DNA of 64,000 bases, taken from assembly GCF_000143415.4 (NCBI RefSeq), contig NW_003314290.1, positions 1,413,244 to 1,477,243 on the forward strand, given 5' to 3'. Source of the stretch: Selaginella moellendorffii (lineage: Eukaryota; Plantae; Lycopodiophyta). Position 1 is the stretch's first letter; each line of letters opens with the position of its first letter. The translations under genes were made by a program, and so were the position numbers. The notes under the pieces are model-generated. The model saw nothing but the letters and a program-made list of their open reading frames with translations. It had not been told where the DNA came from and did not search any database. Positions 12,179 to 25,764 of the stretch are shown here, piece by piece.

Positions 12179-13708
12179 TTATACATCATGGTTCCCACTT
12201 TGATTACGCTGAAAACGACTAGAGGGAATGAGAGGGGCCTCCTCGTCTCCAACAGGCATGCTTGCATTGGCTGGAATATCTTTCTCGAGCACGTCGGAGT
12301 CTTTCTTATCGAGCCGCCATTCCTGAGAAACATACACGCGTCTTTAGTAAAAGACTTGAGCAACCGGGTCGCGGTTCCAAACCTTTGGCTTGTCTACATC
12401 CACAAGAGAAATCTGGTGGACAATGGTTGCGTCCCGCATTTTCAAATAGTTGTAAAGCACAACTCCGGAGAGTGCTGAAAACACCGAGTTCCAAAATATT
12501 AGCACTGATGCATGATTTGAGACAGCGTTACCAATAGCGTATCCGATGATATTTAATCCCGTGAGCTTGGATTCTGGGAAAAGGATGGTTCCAAGCGCTA
12601 TCAGCAGCCAGTCTTTCAGGACTCCCGCCACTCTGACAGTGAGAGCCCCTGTCCTCCCAATCACGAGGAAGATTGAGAAGTTCAGCGCCAGAGCACACAG
12701 TGCATTCGTAAAAAACACCCAGAAGCTAAATTTCCAGTGTTCAACTTCCATAGCCGGCTTCTCCAAAACAATCCAGGGGAAAAACAAGAACAAAAAACTA
12801 AAACAAAAACAGAATTTTACAATCTAAAGGGGAAACCAGAAGTCACATACCTGCATGGGGCGATGTAATATAAACTGGTGATGGGGTTCAATGTCAGGCC
12901 CTTCTTTTGCAGAAGTACTTGCGTGAGTACTAGTCGCAGAGCTTCACAGACAATCCCTGTCACTTGGAAGAATGTACCGATGACGTTGAAGTGGATTTCA
13001 CCGTAAGAAGAAACTGCCACTCCAACGCTGACGAGCAGCATGTTTAGAAACAGATCCCATCTAGCTTTATCCGTTCCGCACGAAACAGCCATCATGAATG
13101 TTGCTACAGGCACTAGCAACAAAGAAAGTGTGAGAGCATTATGCAAACGGAAGCTGGAAACTTACTCAAAGCTTTGAGCATCTGGATGAAAGCCACGGAA
13201 ATGTAGAGATAAGCAGTGTTTCCAAACCTGAAACCATGCAAAAGCTTAGGGAAATGTATAGAAACGTTTATACTATACCAAAGGCTGGAAGCAAAAAACG
13301 CGCTTATCGGCACAACGCAAGATATATATCTGCCAAAACAAAAAACCATCCTCAGGAAACGATTGAAACCGCTTGATAATACTCACATATCGAACGTCAT
13401 TTTGACTGGAGTGACCACCTGAAGAAAAACGCTAGAACATGTATTCCACGGAAAAAAATAGCTCACCTTCAAAACACGCACAAGGAAAAACGTGACAACT
13501 CCAGAGAATCCCATGTGTATCATCGTAAGTGAGATGGGATAAGGAAATCCATAGTGTTTTTTCGACAAGACCCACTGGAAAAAAAAACATCAGAGCTTTA
13601 CTAAAAGGAACACCGACACAATACCTTGTTGAAGAGAATCACGCCAGAAGAAAGCGTGATGTAAATTAGAAGGTACAAATACGTCAACAGCAGCGATCGA
13701 TTGATCAT
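12179..13708 (-). CDS. Sugar-phosphate/nucleotide-sugar translocator (TPT/NST family), multi-exon
   Basis: MINRSLLLTYLYLLIYITLSSGVILFNK, FPYPISLTMIHMGFS, FGNTAYLYISVAFIQMLKAL, LNPITSLYYIAPC and GRTGALTVRVAGVLKDW; the final exon ends ...GNHDV*. Confidence 0.9.
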
Positions 13709-14146
13709 CTTTGCGGGCGTCTCAGGCACTGCTGGAAAGAAAACACACCAAAATTCCATTGCCTGGCACTCGCATTTGCTAATCAGTGTACCTCAGATCT
13801 CTAGGTTTCCAAAGATCAGCGATGGCAAGAACCTGGCCGCGGCAAATCCACGCATCCGCGCCCCCGATCTCCTGACTAGGGAATGCGCGATCCCGCCTCA
13901 CAGCTGTATCCATGGCGCTATGGCGCGAGCTAAACATTCCTGCGAATGCCGCCCACATTTCCTCATTGCGCTGACAAAGCCGGCATCCCCTATCTCACGC
14001 TTTGTGAGTTGTCTCCACCGTTAGATCCAACGGTTGGATGCGCCAACAGGCTGTCAGGGTTGTGGCCGTTGGATGTGGATGTGACGGGCGGCGGCGATGC
14101 GTCTCCCTGGTCTTTTTCTTTCACAGTGTAGTGCCCGGGAGCGCCA

Positions 14147-17100
14147 ATGGAGGCGCCATTGACAGGCCGCGTAAGAGAAATTCTAGGTCATTTAGATCCT
14201 CTGAAAATGTGGCTTTGATCAGGTGTCGCTGCGCGGCGCCAGCGCCAAGGAGGATTCCAGGGATGTGTTGCTGGAGAAAATCGCCAGGGATCGAGCTTCT
14301 CGAGTCCTCCAGAGGAGAACGCTGGCAGCAACACTGACGGTTCAGGTGAGCCAGGCCGATCGTTTTGCCCGGAAATCGCATAATCTCTGGTGTTTTAGAG
14401 GATCTGGAGGAGCCGCCGGGCGGCGAGAATTGCCGTGAATGCCATCCAGCTGCTGTGGGACGAGCGGGTTGAGGAAATTCATCGATCGGGCATTGTCAGT
14501 GCCGAAGCGTTTGCAGATGATATTCTCAGGCCATTTATCTTCTTTACGAGGAACTTAAGCTGGCTTACACGAAGTTTCTTCGTCAAGGATCTCCAGCGCG
14601 TCTCAATTTGTTTCCAAGCTCTTCTTCAAAGCGTAAACTTTCCAGGTGTGAGTAGCAGCATCGATTTTTCTCTATTTAACTTTCTTCTTTAGATGCCAGG
14701 AATTTTTGCAAACTTGCTTGCGGCACACCGAGTCGAAAAACTCAGTGGTTCTATCAAGTTCATCGACTCTTAACAATCTGCTCGGCTATTCTCATAGGAA
14801 GGCGACGTAGCGATGCGGTTTCCACTTCCTTACTGGCACTGGCCATGCGACTATTGGTAACACTGACCGATTCGAAGTTGTGGAACGGGTTTGAGGACAG
14901 ACAGCGAGAAACAGGTGCCGTAACTTCAGAGATAGTGCAGTGGTTTGGAGCAGGAAACAGCGGGTTTTACTACGCAGCTCATGCGTATCTAATGGAAGGC
15001 AATACGGCAGATCTTGAAACCAAGGAAAGCTTCTTAGTGACTGCCAGTTTGATCACCATGGCATTTCGTCCGTTCCACGCTATTGCTGCCGAGCTTTCGT
15101 GTCAAAGGTACGCTCGAGATTTGGAAGACTGGAAAGGCAAAGCAGCAGCACAAATATGTAGACACGTTTTAACAGTTCCATGCCTCATAGAACGTCTTCC
15201 TGCAGGTCTCGTTCCTGCCTTTCAACATGAAAATGTTTTGGCTGTTTGCCTTCGCGCGTACAAGGTTGGTTGCTCAAGAGATTCTATGCTAGATGAAAAC
15301 TAAGTTTTTTCTACTTAAGCAGACTTTTGGCATTACCGTTTTGTCAGAAAAGGACAGCAATGTTCCACATCAAGCATGGAGTCTCACCAACGTCGTAAGC
15401 ATTGTTTCAGTTGGATCTCTGAGCGAACCAATGTACAGTCATTTCGTGGAAGCAGTTTGTTGCCTCCTGCACAGTATGATACCTTGGATTGAGGAAGTTC
15501 GAGAGAGGAAAAGAAGTTATGAAGACTCCGGCGATGAGGATACTGAAGATTATACCGAGCTGCATTCTCGGTGTGGTGGCGCTGCTTTGGACTCCTTCAT
15601 TCGTCTCCTAAGACCACTGTTTGATCAACGACAAGTGTTACAGCTTTTCGAGAAGGCTACATCATCATCCGTTGGGCTCCCAAACATTGCAAGGCTCTAC
15701 TCTTACTTGCTCACAACATTCTCAGTTTTGAACTTTGGAGGAGGTGCGCTACCCGTGCTAAACGTGCTAGCATTTACCAAGGAACTTCTTCCGCAGCTTT
15801 GGAACTGGTTCATGAGCAGCATACAACTAAAAATTGTGAAGATGCCAGAGAGCAGGGGAGCCTTACCAGCAAAAGAACAGAGTTCACGTCAACTTTCAAG
15901 CAAGCTGGCTAATACTTTCCTGAAGAGAACAAAGTCTGCCTCCAGCGAGTCCATTTCTGAAGTGCATGACGATGGTCAGTGGCATATTGAACAGTTGAAG
16001 GGTGGCCCGGCTGCTCTTTCAGAGGATGCAGCTTCAGTTCTAACGCTTTTCTGCACGCTGTATGCGCATTTGCTACTCGTTCTTGACGACAACGAGTTTT
16101 ACGACAAGCAGGTACAGCTCGTCCTTTTGATGCATGGCGGGTTGTCTTAGCGATTGTTGCAGGTTCCCTTTTCCATCGACGAGCAAAGGCTGATAAGTGC
16201 TGCTCTAAACACTATGCTCTATCATGGCTTCTTTTTGGCTGGAAGGACTCAATATGCGACGCTGATGGAAGCTTCGACTAGGTGTTTACGAGCATTGTAT
16301 GAAAGGGATAGCCGGCGCAGCTTCTGCCCAGCTGCATTATGGCTTGCGCCTGCCACGGAAATGCGACCTGCTATTGCTGCAGCTGCAAGAGCACACGAAG
16401 CCGCGTCGGTCTCGAAAGCGGGAGAAGCGTCAGCAATTGGCTCCATATTGACGACCATGCCTCACGTGTTACCATTTGAGGAGAGGTATCTCATTCTCTG
16501 TTGCATGCTCGTACTGACTACGTTGGCAGAGTGCAAATCTTTCGGGAGTTTATCAACAGCGATAAAACTTTGAGGAAAATAGAAGGGGAAATAGTAGGAC
16601 CGGGTCCCGGTTCGACAGAGATTTCGATTCGAAGAGATCGTATTGTCGAAGATGGCTTTCAACAGCTTGGTGCCTTGGGCGCAAGATTTAAAGGCTGCAT
16701 CAACGTTTCCTTTGTGAACGAGCATGGTCTTACGGAAGCAGGGCTCGACTATGGCGGGCTTTTTAAAGAGTTCCTTACGGACTTGGCGAAAGCTGCATTT
16801 GATCCTGGGTAAGCAATCAGACTTATAATTTATATAATCGGTTTAACGTACCTCCTGTAGTTACGGCTTGTTTCAACAAACTGCCACGGAAGAACGGTTT
16901 TTGTTTCCTCATCCAGCTGCGAGCAGCCTTGGTCAGGGATTACGAACGATTGAGTTTTTGGGTCGCATCGTTGGGAAGGCCTTGTACGAGGGTATTCTGC
17001 TGGAACATTTATTTTCTCCAGTATTCGTATCCAAGATCCTGGGTCGTTACTGTCCTATTGACGATCTCTCTAGTCTCGATGGAGAACTTCATCGGAATCT

Positions 17101-18102
17101 GATGTACCTCAAGGTTGGTTTTGGTCGTTTTCAAAAACTTGGCTGTCTAATGTTTTGTTGACAGAATTATGAAGGTGACGTTTCAGATATGGCTCTGGAC
17201 TTCACTGTAACGGAAGAATATTTTGGAAAGCGAAAGGTTATTGATCTGGTGCAGGGAGGAGACAAAATCCCTGTGACTGACGCTAACAAGCTGCAGTATG
17301 TCCATGCTATGGCCGATTACAAGCTAAATCGTCAGGTATAGTCGCCTCTTGCTAGCTTCTTCTCAGCACCGTTTGTCTTTGTTCTTAGGTGCGACCAGTA
17401 GTTAATGCGTTTGTGAGAGGCCTTACGGATTTAGTCTCTCCTTCGTGGCTGGGTTTGTTTAATGCCAAGGAATTTAACCAGGTATGCTATCTTTTGTCTA
17501 TAGCACCGTCCTGAAGATCTCGTTGCAGCTTCTTTCAGGTGAAGAGCACGACTTCGACGTGAACGACTTGAAGGCCAACACCCGGTACACTGGAGGTTAC
17601 AGTGTAACCAGCCGCACGGTCAAGCTGTTTTGGGAGGTAAGGAAACTACCTTCTATTATTTGGTGCTGTTCTGAGCGTGGAATCTGTTCCAGGTGCTTGA
17701 GCAACTCGATGTCAAAGAAAGATGCGCTGTGCTCAAATTTGTAACGAGCTGCTCTCGTGCACCTTTGCTGGGATTTAAACACTTGCAGCCTCCGTTTACA
17801 ATCCACAAGGTTTGGCAATCTTAAGCATCAACGTTTTTAGCTCGTTCCCGTTTTTCTTTCTTAGGTGACAAGTGATGCTCCAGTGTGGACGTTTCTAGCT
17901 GGCCAAGATGTCGATCGACTCCCAAGCGCGTCTACCTGCTATAACATATTGAAGGTTTGCTGCGCTCCCTACTTTTCTCACCGCATTTTCACTTACTCTC
18001 GGTTTCGTTGCGACGAAGCTACCTGCATACAGGCGCATTGGAACTCTCAGAGAAAAGCTTCAGTACGCAATCCGCTCCAATTCTGGTTTTGAGCTTTCCT
18101 AA
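14147..18102 (+). CDS. UPL7: HECT E3 ubiquitin ligase UPL7/UBE3B-like, multi-exon
   Basis: N-terminal [10 protein letters not shown]...IQ-like motif; HECT domain [52 protein letters not shown] (catalytic Cys), ending SGFELS*. Confidence 0.92.
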
Positions 18103-18246
18103 CTCCAATTTAATATTAATCCAAGCCAAAAAATTAATGAAATGCCACGTCATCTCAAAAGGTTACGGAACAGTATAAAAATCCCTCTTTAGAACCCTTG
18201 CTCGCCCCTTTTGCGTAAGAATAGACGCGCTCATTTCTTCGGAGCT

Positions 18247-19026
18247 ATGGCGTGTGCGGCGACTGTTGTTATGCCGGAGTGGGTGACCGCACACTACGAC
18301 GTTCTTCGTGAGCTTGGGCGAGGCGCGTACGGTGGAGTGTTCGAGCTGCGGGAGAAGTCGAGGTGGATCAAGAAGAAAAAGGTGGCGTGTAAGATACTGG
18401 ACGTTGAGAGGGAGAAATCTCAAAGCCATGAAGCGGCGATAATGAAGAAGCTTCATAACCTTCACGGAGTGGTGTGCCTTAAAAAGGCGCACTGCGATTC
18501 AACGTGTTCCTGCATGGTTATGGAATTGTGCGAGTGCGACCTAGTCACGGCCATGGCCACCGGCGTGATCGAGTACGATAAGATCCAAATAGCCCAACAC
18601 TTTCGGCATCTCGTCAAGACAATCAAAGCAATGCATCACGCCGGAATTGTTCACCGGGATCTCAAGCCCGAGAACGTTTTGGTAACGAAGAAACGGGAGC
18701 TCAAGGTCGGCGATTTTGGCACGGCTGTGGAGATTGAAAAGGGAGGCAAGCTCCACGAGGTGACGGGCACCTGGAACTACATGGCCCCAGAGATGATATT
18801 CCAGGGAAGCTACGATGAGAGGGTGGACGTGTACGCGTTGGGACTCATCCTTTACTTCATGCTAGAGCTAAAGACTCCCGAAGATCGGAAGATAGATTTC
18901 CAACAGTGCCCAGCCGCGGCGATGGATCTTATCAACAAGATGATCGACAATGATCCGGCAAAGAGAATAACACTGGACGAAGCCTTGAGGCACCCTTTCT
19001 TGCAACACCACCACAAGGGATACTAA
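18247..19026 (+). CDS. Intronless Ser/Thr protein kinase (CAMK/CDPK-like catalytic domain only)
   Basis: GRGAYGGV, VACK, HRDLKPEN, DFG, GTWNYMAPE, DVYALG and DPAKRIT in a single ORF. Confidence 0.88.
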   Translation: MACAATVVMPEWVTAHYDVLRELGRGAYGGVFELREKSRWIKKKKVACKILDVEREKSQSHEAAIMKKLHNLHGVVCLKKAHCDSTCSCMVMELCECDLVTAMATGVIEYDKIQIAQHFRHLVKTIKAMHHAGIVHRDLKPENVLVTKKRELKVGDFGTAVEIEKGGKLHEVTGTWNYMAPEMIFQGSYDERVDVYALGLILYFMLELKTPEDRKIDFQQCPAAAMDLINKMIDNDPAKRITLDEALRHPFLQHHHKGY

Positions 19027-19161
19027 ACAGTTGTATGAAACGAAAAACTATACTATGTGTATGTATAAAAGGCTTACCTCAAGAGATTTCGATTGCCATA
19101 TTCTTCATCCATTCTAGTAAAAAGTTAGAATGGTTTTCTTGAATGAATGGGAAACTCACCA

Positions 19162-22100
19162 CTAGTGGTGGACCATTTCTTTGTACAAAGTGCTTCTCTG
19201 TACCGGAACTCGTCCCATGGAATGGATGAGCTCCTTAATCGCCGAGGCTGTAAGTTCTTCACCTAGTTTCGCAGAATTATATCAAAGATATGAATGCAGA
19301 GCTTTCTATTTACCATGTAAAGCCCCTGCCGCTTTTGAGATGCTCTCGTTCATCAAGCAGCCGCCCATGTCGTTACAGCCAACAGCCAAAAGGAACTGAG
19401 CTCCATCGGCTCCCATTTTCACCCAGGAAGCCTGCAACGTTGAAGGAAAAAATACGTTAAACTCTAGCAATACATCGATAGTACCTGTATATTTGTGATG
19501 TGGGGATGCAGCACCAGACGAGAGACTGCATGCATGAGGACGCATTCCCTTCTTGTTGGCCCCTTTCTCGCCCGGCCTTTGACAAAAATTGGAGCCTAGA
19601 GAAGCAGTATGGTCAGAAAAGAAAGAGCTTTCAAACAACGTCTCAAACCTGCATGTGTACAAACGGTAGTGGCACAAACTCTGTGAAGCCGCCGGTTTTC
19701 TTCTGTAGGCTTTTAATGAGTTGCAGATGCGTTGCCCTGAAAGTGAACGTACTTTGAACCAGCACAAGAATGAGCCGAGAATTGAAGTCCTACCAGTGAG
19801 ACGGACAGTCCATATGTCCGAACATAATGGTTGATGTAGTCTTCAATCCAATACTATGAGCAGCTTCCATCACCTAGTAAAAATCTTGGCAAGTTTCGAT
19901 ATGGAACTCGAACACGCATTACCTCGAGCCACTGGTTTGTTTTGAGTTTGTCAGGACACAAAACGTTTCGCACCTCGTCGTCTAAGATCTGCTACCATCA
20001 CTGATCAAGTCATACAAGCACACCGAAATTTGTTACCTCGGCTGCAGTTCCAGGAAGAGAACCAAGTCCAGCGGCCTTCAACTGCACAAGGAACTCTTCA
20101 ACACTGGAAGCCAGAGAATTAAAATAAACCGAGCCACGGACGTTCACATCTCGACAATTGAGTACCTCATGTTGCTGGTTGAAGCACCTTGGTAAACTTC
20201 CAAAGGCGAGAATGCATGCACGTGGATACCAGGCACCGCTGATTTCACAGCTTTCAGAATTTCCAAGTATGTTTCGCCAGTGTAATCGGGGTGAATTCCT
20301 CCCTGAAACAGCTCGTCGCATCTCATACCCTGAAGATCTTGTTACCTGCATGCATACTTCCGTCGCTCCTCTTTCACGGGCTTCAATAGTCCTACGAGAT
20401 ATTTCTTCCAGTGACAAGCTACGAAAGGACATAATTAGAACTGAGAGCATCAAAGCAATCAAGTATCAACCTGTATGGCTTTCCTCTTAGATTCTCGTTC
20501 TGCTTTCCTTTGCTGATACATACAAGTTTAAAAGGTCTTATTTCACAGTGCGACAAGATACCTGAAAGCGCAGAATTGGCATTTGTAGCTACAAACGTTG
20601 GTATAGTTGATGTTTCTGTTTACAACATATGTTACCTGAAAATACAATCAAAATGTGCGCGCGTCAAAACTTCGTTACCTTATTCCCATTTACTGATTCA
20701 CGTAGCCTATTCGCTGAAGAACATATATAGTCAAAATCTGGTCCCATGGAATAGAATAGCATAGTTATTTCATCCTGACACAAGAAATGGATAAGTCAGT
20801 GAGTCGACAAAGCAACAATGTACTCTGGTCAAATCCTCTCCTGCCACGCCCTTATCCACTATATATTCCACACGGCTGCTTGCTCTCGCGGCTATTAAAA
20901 AAAAACACAAACAGAAGTTTAACAGACGCAAGGAAAACTGAAGCCTACGTACAGGCATTGCACGAAACATTTCCCTGTATGCCGACATAAACAGATGAGG
21001 TTGTAGCGTTGTTCATTTGACTCCAGTCAGTGGTAGCATTGCAACCTGGTGACCAAGGATCCGCTCGACCGTAGCCCAGACTGTTAGAGCTTGCGAGTGC
21101 ATATCGCAAGACGTTGGGATCCTGGCAAAACGTAAGTCAAGAGGAAGTGGACAAGCTTTTCCAAAAACAACGCTATACCAGCCACGACGAAAAGTTGCGA
21201 ATATATGACGGGTATACAGGCAGCCTTGGAACGAGTAGTTTGTCGCACTGCATTGTCGCACTGGCTAAGCTTCTGATGTGCGGCCACGGTAGCTGCAAAA
21301 CAGGCAATCAGAGTATGACATTAGAAGAAATGATAAAAGAAAAGAGAATCAAAGAAAGGAAGCACCTCGGGATTCACCCAATCTCTTGTTAAGGGAGAAA
21401 TTCCGCCCCAGTCGTTTATTCCTGCATTGATAAGAAGCTCCCACTCAACTCCTTCTTTTGTGTCATCTCTGCAACATCGTTAAAGTCCAGTGCAAACTGA
21501 GGTCATGGTTCACTTGCCTTGGTGTCAAGTTTGGTGGCGCTTGAATGCTCATGTCTGGACCGAATAAAATCCGTGCCATGGCTACAGTCCACAGGAGCTC
21601 GTCAATATTTGGCTCTGCTGCATTTTCCATTGGAGTGCCTTTCTTTGCTCGAAAGTTCTGAATGATGAGCTCCTGGATATGGCCATATTTTTCATGAACC
21701 CCACGTAGGAGCAGCAAGCTCTTGATTCGATCGGACCTGGTTTCACCAATACCAACCAGCAGGCCGGACGTGAAAGGCACCTTCAGCTCACCTGAACAAA
21801 AGTTTAGAGTATAGAAAGGAAAGAGTTAACAAATGAAAAGTTACATGCCTGCGATCGCAATAGTTGCAATCCGGGCGGAGGGAACTTTGTCTGGACAATT
21901 AAAGTGCGGGCCGCCGGGTTCAGCGAGGCTCGAAGCAGTCGACTCAAGCATCAAGCCCTGACTAACGGAGACGCTTCTCAGAAGTGACACGTCTTTTTTG
22001 CACATCACCCCCGCATTGACATGAGCAAGAAGTCCAGTTTTCTCGAGCACTAACTTAGCAGCCTCAGCAACATACTCAATAGTCGTGGAGTGGCCCAGTG

Positions 22101-22690
22101 ACGCAAGCTGCAAAAGCACAAAGGAAGAAAGAAAGTAAAGGTCATTGCAGAAACATGAAAGTCCTCCTTTTTAAAAACTTCGAAGAACTTACCTCTTCTT
22201 TGGCCTGTGGATAAAGAAGTTCTGGCTTGTCCCCGAGTGTAAAGAGTGCCTCCGTGCATCCCAGCTCCGCAGCGCGGCTAGCAACGCTCAAAACTTCGTC
22301 CAGAGACATATAAACCGGCTTCCCAGGCTTTGGAGCTCGAGCAAAAGCGCAGTAGCCACAGGAATCCCGGCATGCTCTCGTCAAAGGAATAAATGCCTTT
22401 GGCGAGAAAGTGATGATACTAGAGTCGGGCCTAGAGTCACGGATTGCGGCAGCGGAGGTCATGAGCAATCGGAGATCGAGGCCACCGACGTCGAGCAAGA
22501 TTCTCTCATCAATCTGGGGATAGCTCTCACCTTTTGCGCAGCGCTGCACTATCAGTGCCAGAGATTCCTTGGCGGAAGAAGCCTCGCATCTGATTCTACT
22601 CCTCCTCGTCGAAATGCTGGTGGCAGCAATGCTGGCAAGATGGAGGTAGCCTGGATTCCGATGGCGCAGCGCCTGGCACACGTCTAACAT
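19162..22690 (-). CDS. fbiC: Bifunctional FO (7,8-didemethyl-8-hydroxy-5-deazariboflavin) synthase, CofG-CofH fusion (FbiC type), multi-exon, predicted organellar transit peptide
   Basis: CofG half: [85 protein letters not shown]. CofH half: [96 protein letters not shown], ending [14 protein letters not shown]. Confidence 0.93.
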
Positions 22691-25600
22691 TGCTTGATCG
22701 AGCGAGTGTTAACCCAAGTTACAGTGCTTTTTCTTGGTTCCCATCACATGCATTTTTAATAAAAGGTAGGTGTTTAAAGTGTCACTTCAACAACTGTGAA
22801 GTAATAGTTAAGCCCCCATGTGATTGAGCTTGACACAAACCACAAAAATATTTTGAGGATATTTTATAGTATATTTGACGATGACAATGCTCATTAGCCA
22901 ATCTTTTGTCTTGATTTTGAGTTTGTCTTATGTTCAACTTTGCCAACCCTAGCTTGTTTTGCATATCCTCCAGGAAATCATAAGCATGAAATACTCAAAC
23001 CAAACCCAAACTCAAACTCACAAGAGACTTAGGTTTATAATAGTACATTGGCATAAATGAAAATATATTAATTGCCAATTGATGAACACTATTGTGAGTA
23101 AATTGAAGCAAAGGCAAGTACTTCTCCCATGCTCCCTATCTAGTTAAGTTTTCTACAAAAGACTTTAGCATATTTTCCAATAAGTGATTCATATGCTCTG
23201 ACTGCCTATATGAATGTGGATGCTCACCACTACTCATGCTCAGGTTAGTCTCTAGCTTCTCAAATACCATTTGCTAAAACCTGGATGTGAATTTGGGATC
23301 CCAATCATTCACAATATCATATGGCAAACCATAAAGATTGAATAACTAGTTTACTAAGCAAGTTCAAAAGTTTTAATAGTCATCTTCATTGGGAAGAAGT
23401 GAGCCATCTTTGTCAAATGATCCATAATAACCTAAATAACATTATTTCCTTGCAAAATCTTAGGTAAATCAATGATAAAGTTCATTAAAATGTTATTTTA
23501 TTTATTCTTGGGTACACATAGAGGATGATAGAGGCTAATGAGCTTCTGATGATCAACTTTACTGTTGGCAAGTCAAACAATCACGTATATACTTCTCAAC
23601 ATTTGATTTTATCCAAAGCAAAAAAAAAAAATGCCTCTTCACCAACATATACATTTTTAGTACCCTCAGATGACACTTGGCACATCATAACATTCAACCA
23701 AAATCTATTTGATGAATTTGTTAATACAAAGAACCACCACACATCCCTTCTTCGCTAGAATTTCATTTTATGTCTCAAATGATACAAATTTGTCACCCTT
23801 CAAATCTATAGAGGTGTGTCTTAACAAAACCTTTGTGTGAAATATCAATAATAAAGGAGTTGAAGTCAACAAACTTCTTAAGTTCATCCAAGAGATTGTT
23901 GGATACCTTCATGAATGAAATAGAATTTTACTATCCTGAATAATACATCTGCCACTTTATTGTCACCTCCGTGCTTGTACTGAATCTTAATAGACATTTC
24001 TTGCAGGAACTTTTACCAACGAGCAAGGTAACCTCAAAAATCCTTTTGCCAACTGAAATACTAGAGAAATTAATGATTTGAATCCACATGGAAGTGCGAT
24101 CCATATAAATAATAAAGCCATTCCTTCACAGCATACAACTCCTTATCTCGAGTAAGTTAATTCTGCTGTGTAGCATCAAACTTATGGCTCATATATGCAA
24201 AAGGATGCCCAACTTGAAGCAATACAACTCTAATAGCAATATCACTTGCATCTATCTCGACCACAAAAAGTTTCTTAGGAATAAAAATTTTAATACAATA
24301 TTACTTCAAATGTTGAAATGCCACTTCACACTTCTCATCCCAATTATGAATAGTAGTATATTTGAACTTGTTTTGGAGAAGATGGGTCAAGAGGGCTGTT
24401 ATCTCTAAAAAGTCCTTCACAAATCATTGAAAAACTTTAGCCATATCAAGGAATCTACAAAGATCGTGCACTATTGAAAGTATAAGCCAATTATCCACGA
24501 CCTGAATCTTTATGGATCAGCTCTCACTCTATGTATGGAAATCAAATGCTCGAAATATCCAATTTGCTCCAAGAAAAACTCACACTTTAATAACTTCGAG
24601 TAGAGTTTGTTGTCCCTCAAAAGTTGCAAAATACTTCACACATACATCTCATGTTCCTCCATTGAAGAGATGAATACTAGAATATCATCAAAATAATCAA
24701 TTGCAAACTTTCCCAATAAGGCTGTAGAACTTGATTCATCAATCTCTGAAAAGTTACACAAGCATTTGTCAAACCAAATGGCATCACTAAAAACTCATAG
24801 TAACCCATTCTTGTCCGAAATGCAATTTTTGGATCCTTTGGCTTGACATAAATTTGATGATACTCTTACCTCAAATCAATCTTCAAAAAATATCAAGCAT
24901 CATGAAGACGATCGAACAAATCATTGATATAAGGGATTGGGAATATATTCTTCACCGTCCTATCATTCAATTCCTTTTAGTTCACATAAAGACACCATAT
25001 ACCATCTTTCTTTTTGACCATCACCACTGGAGCAACCCAAGAAGACATACTGATCTGTAACTACCCTTTCCAAAGGTATTCAGCAAGCTACTTATTAATC
25101 TCCTCATCTTTAGCGGGATTAGTATGAGTTGGTTGTTGCTGATAAGGAGTAGTTTTAGGAACCAAGTCAATCTCATGCTGAATTTCACGTTTTTGAGGCA
25201 AACCATTAGGCAATTTATTTGGAAATACATCACGGAACTCCTCCTGAATGAAATCCACCCAAGCCCTAGACCCACAAATGTACTCCAAATCAGATATGAT
25301 CATATTAGAAAAAAATGGGTACACTACAAAAGAATTAGCTATCTCATATGTGGAAGTCACCAACTCCAAAGCATTAATCAATGGAATATTACTATTGTCT
25401 ATCTTAATAATCTTTTTCACAGTGCCACCAACTTTAATATCTAGGATATTATACTCTCAATTGATTCTTAGCTTCCTATCATAAAACCATTCCTTCCCAA
25501 AAATAACATTTTTACGACCAAGATCCATAATTTGGAACGAATGATGGTCAAGAATCCCTTGAACCATCAAAGGAACACTCAGAGCCCATTTACCATAAAC

Positions 25601-25764
25601 ATAAGTGCTATGACCATCTACCATAACCACCTCATAGATTACTAAACTTTTTTCCATAGGCAAACCAAGTTTCTTCACCACTTTGGAGCTCAAAAAGTTG
25701 TGAAAAAAAGTCAAATAGTTGACTATTGACTAACAACTTTTATTGAGCCAAGGGGAACCAACAC

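Noticed and set aside
19162-22690. Bacterial contamination explaining the FO synthase
   Set aside because: The gene has many spliceosomal introns of host-typical size and a transit-like leader, and it is contiguous with plant genes.
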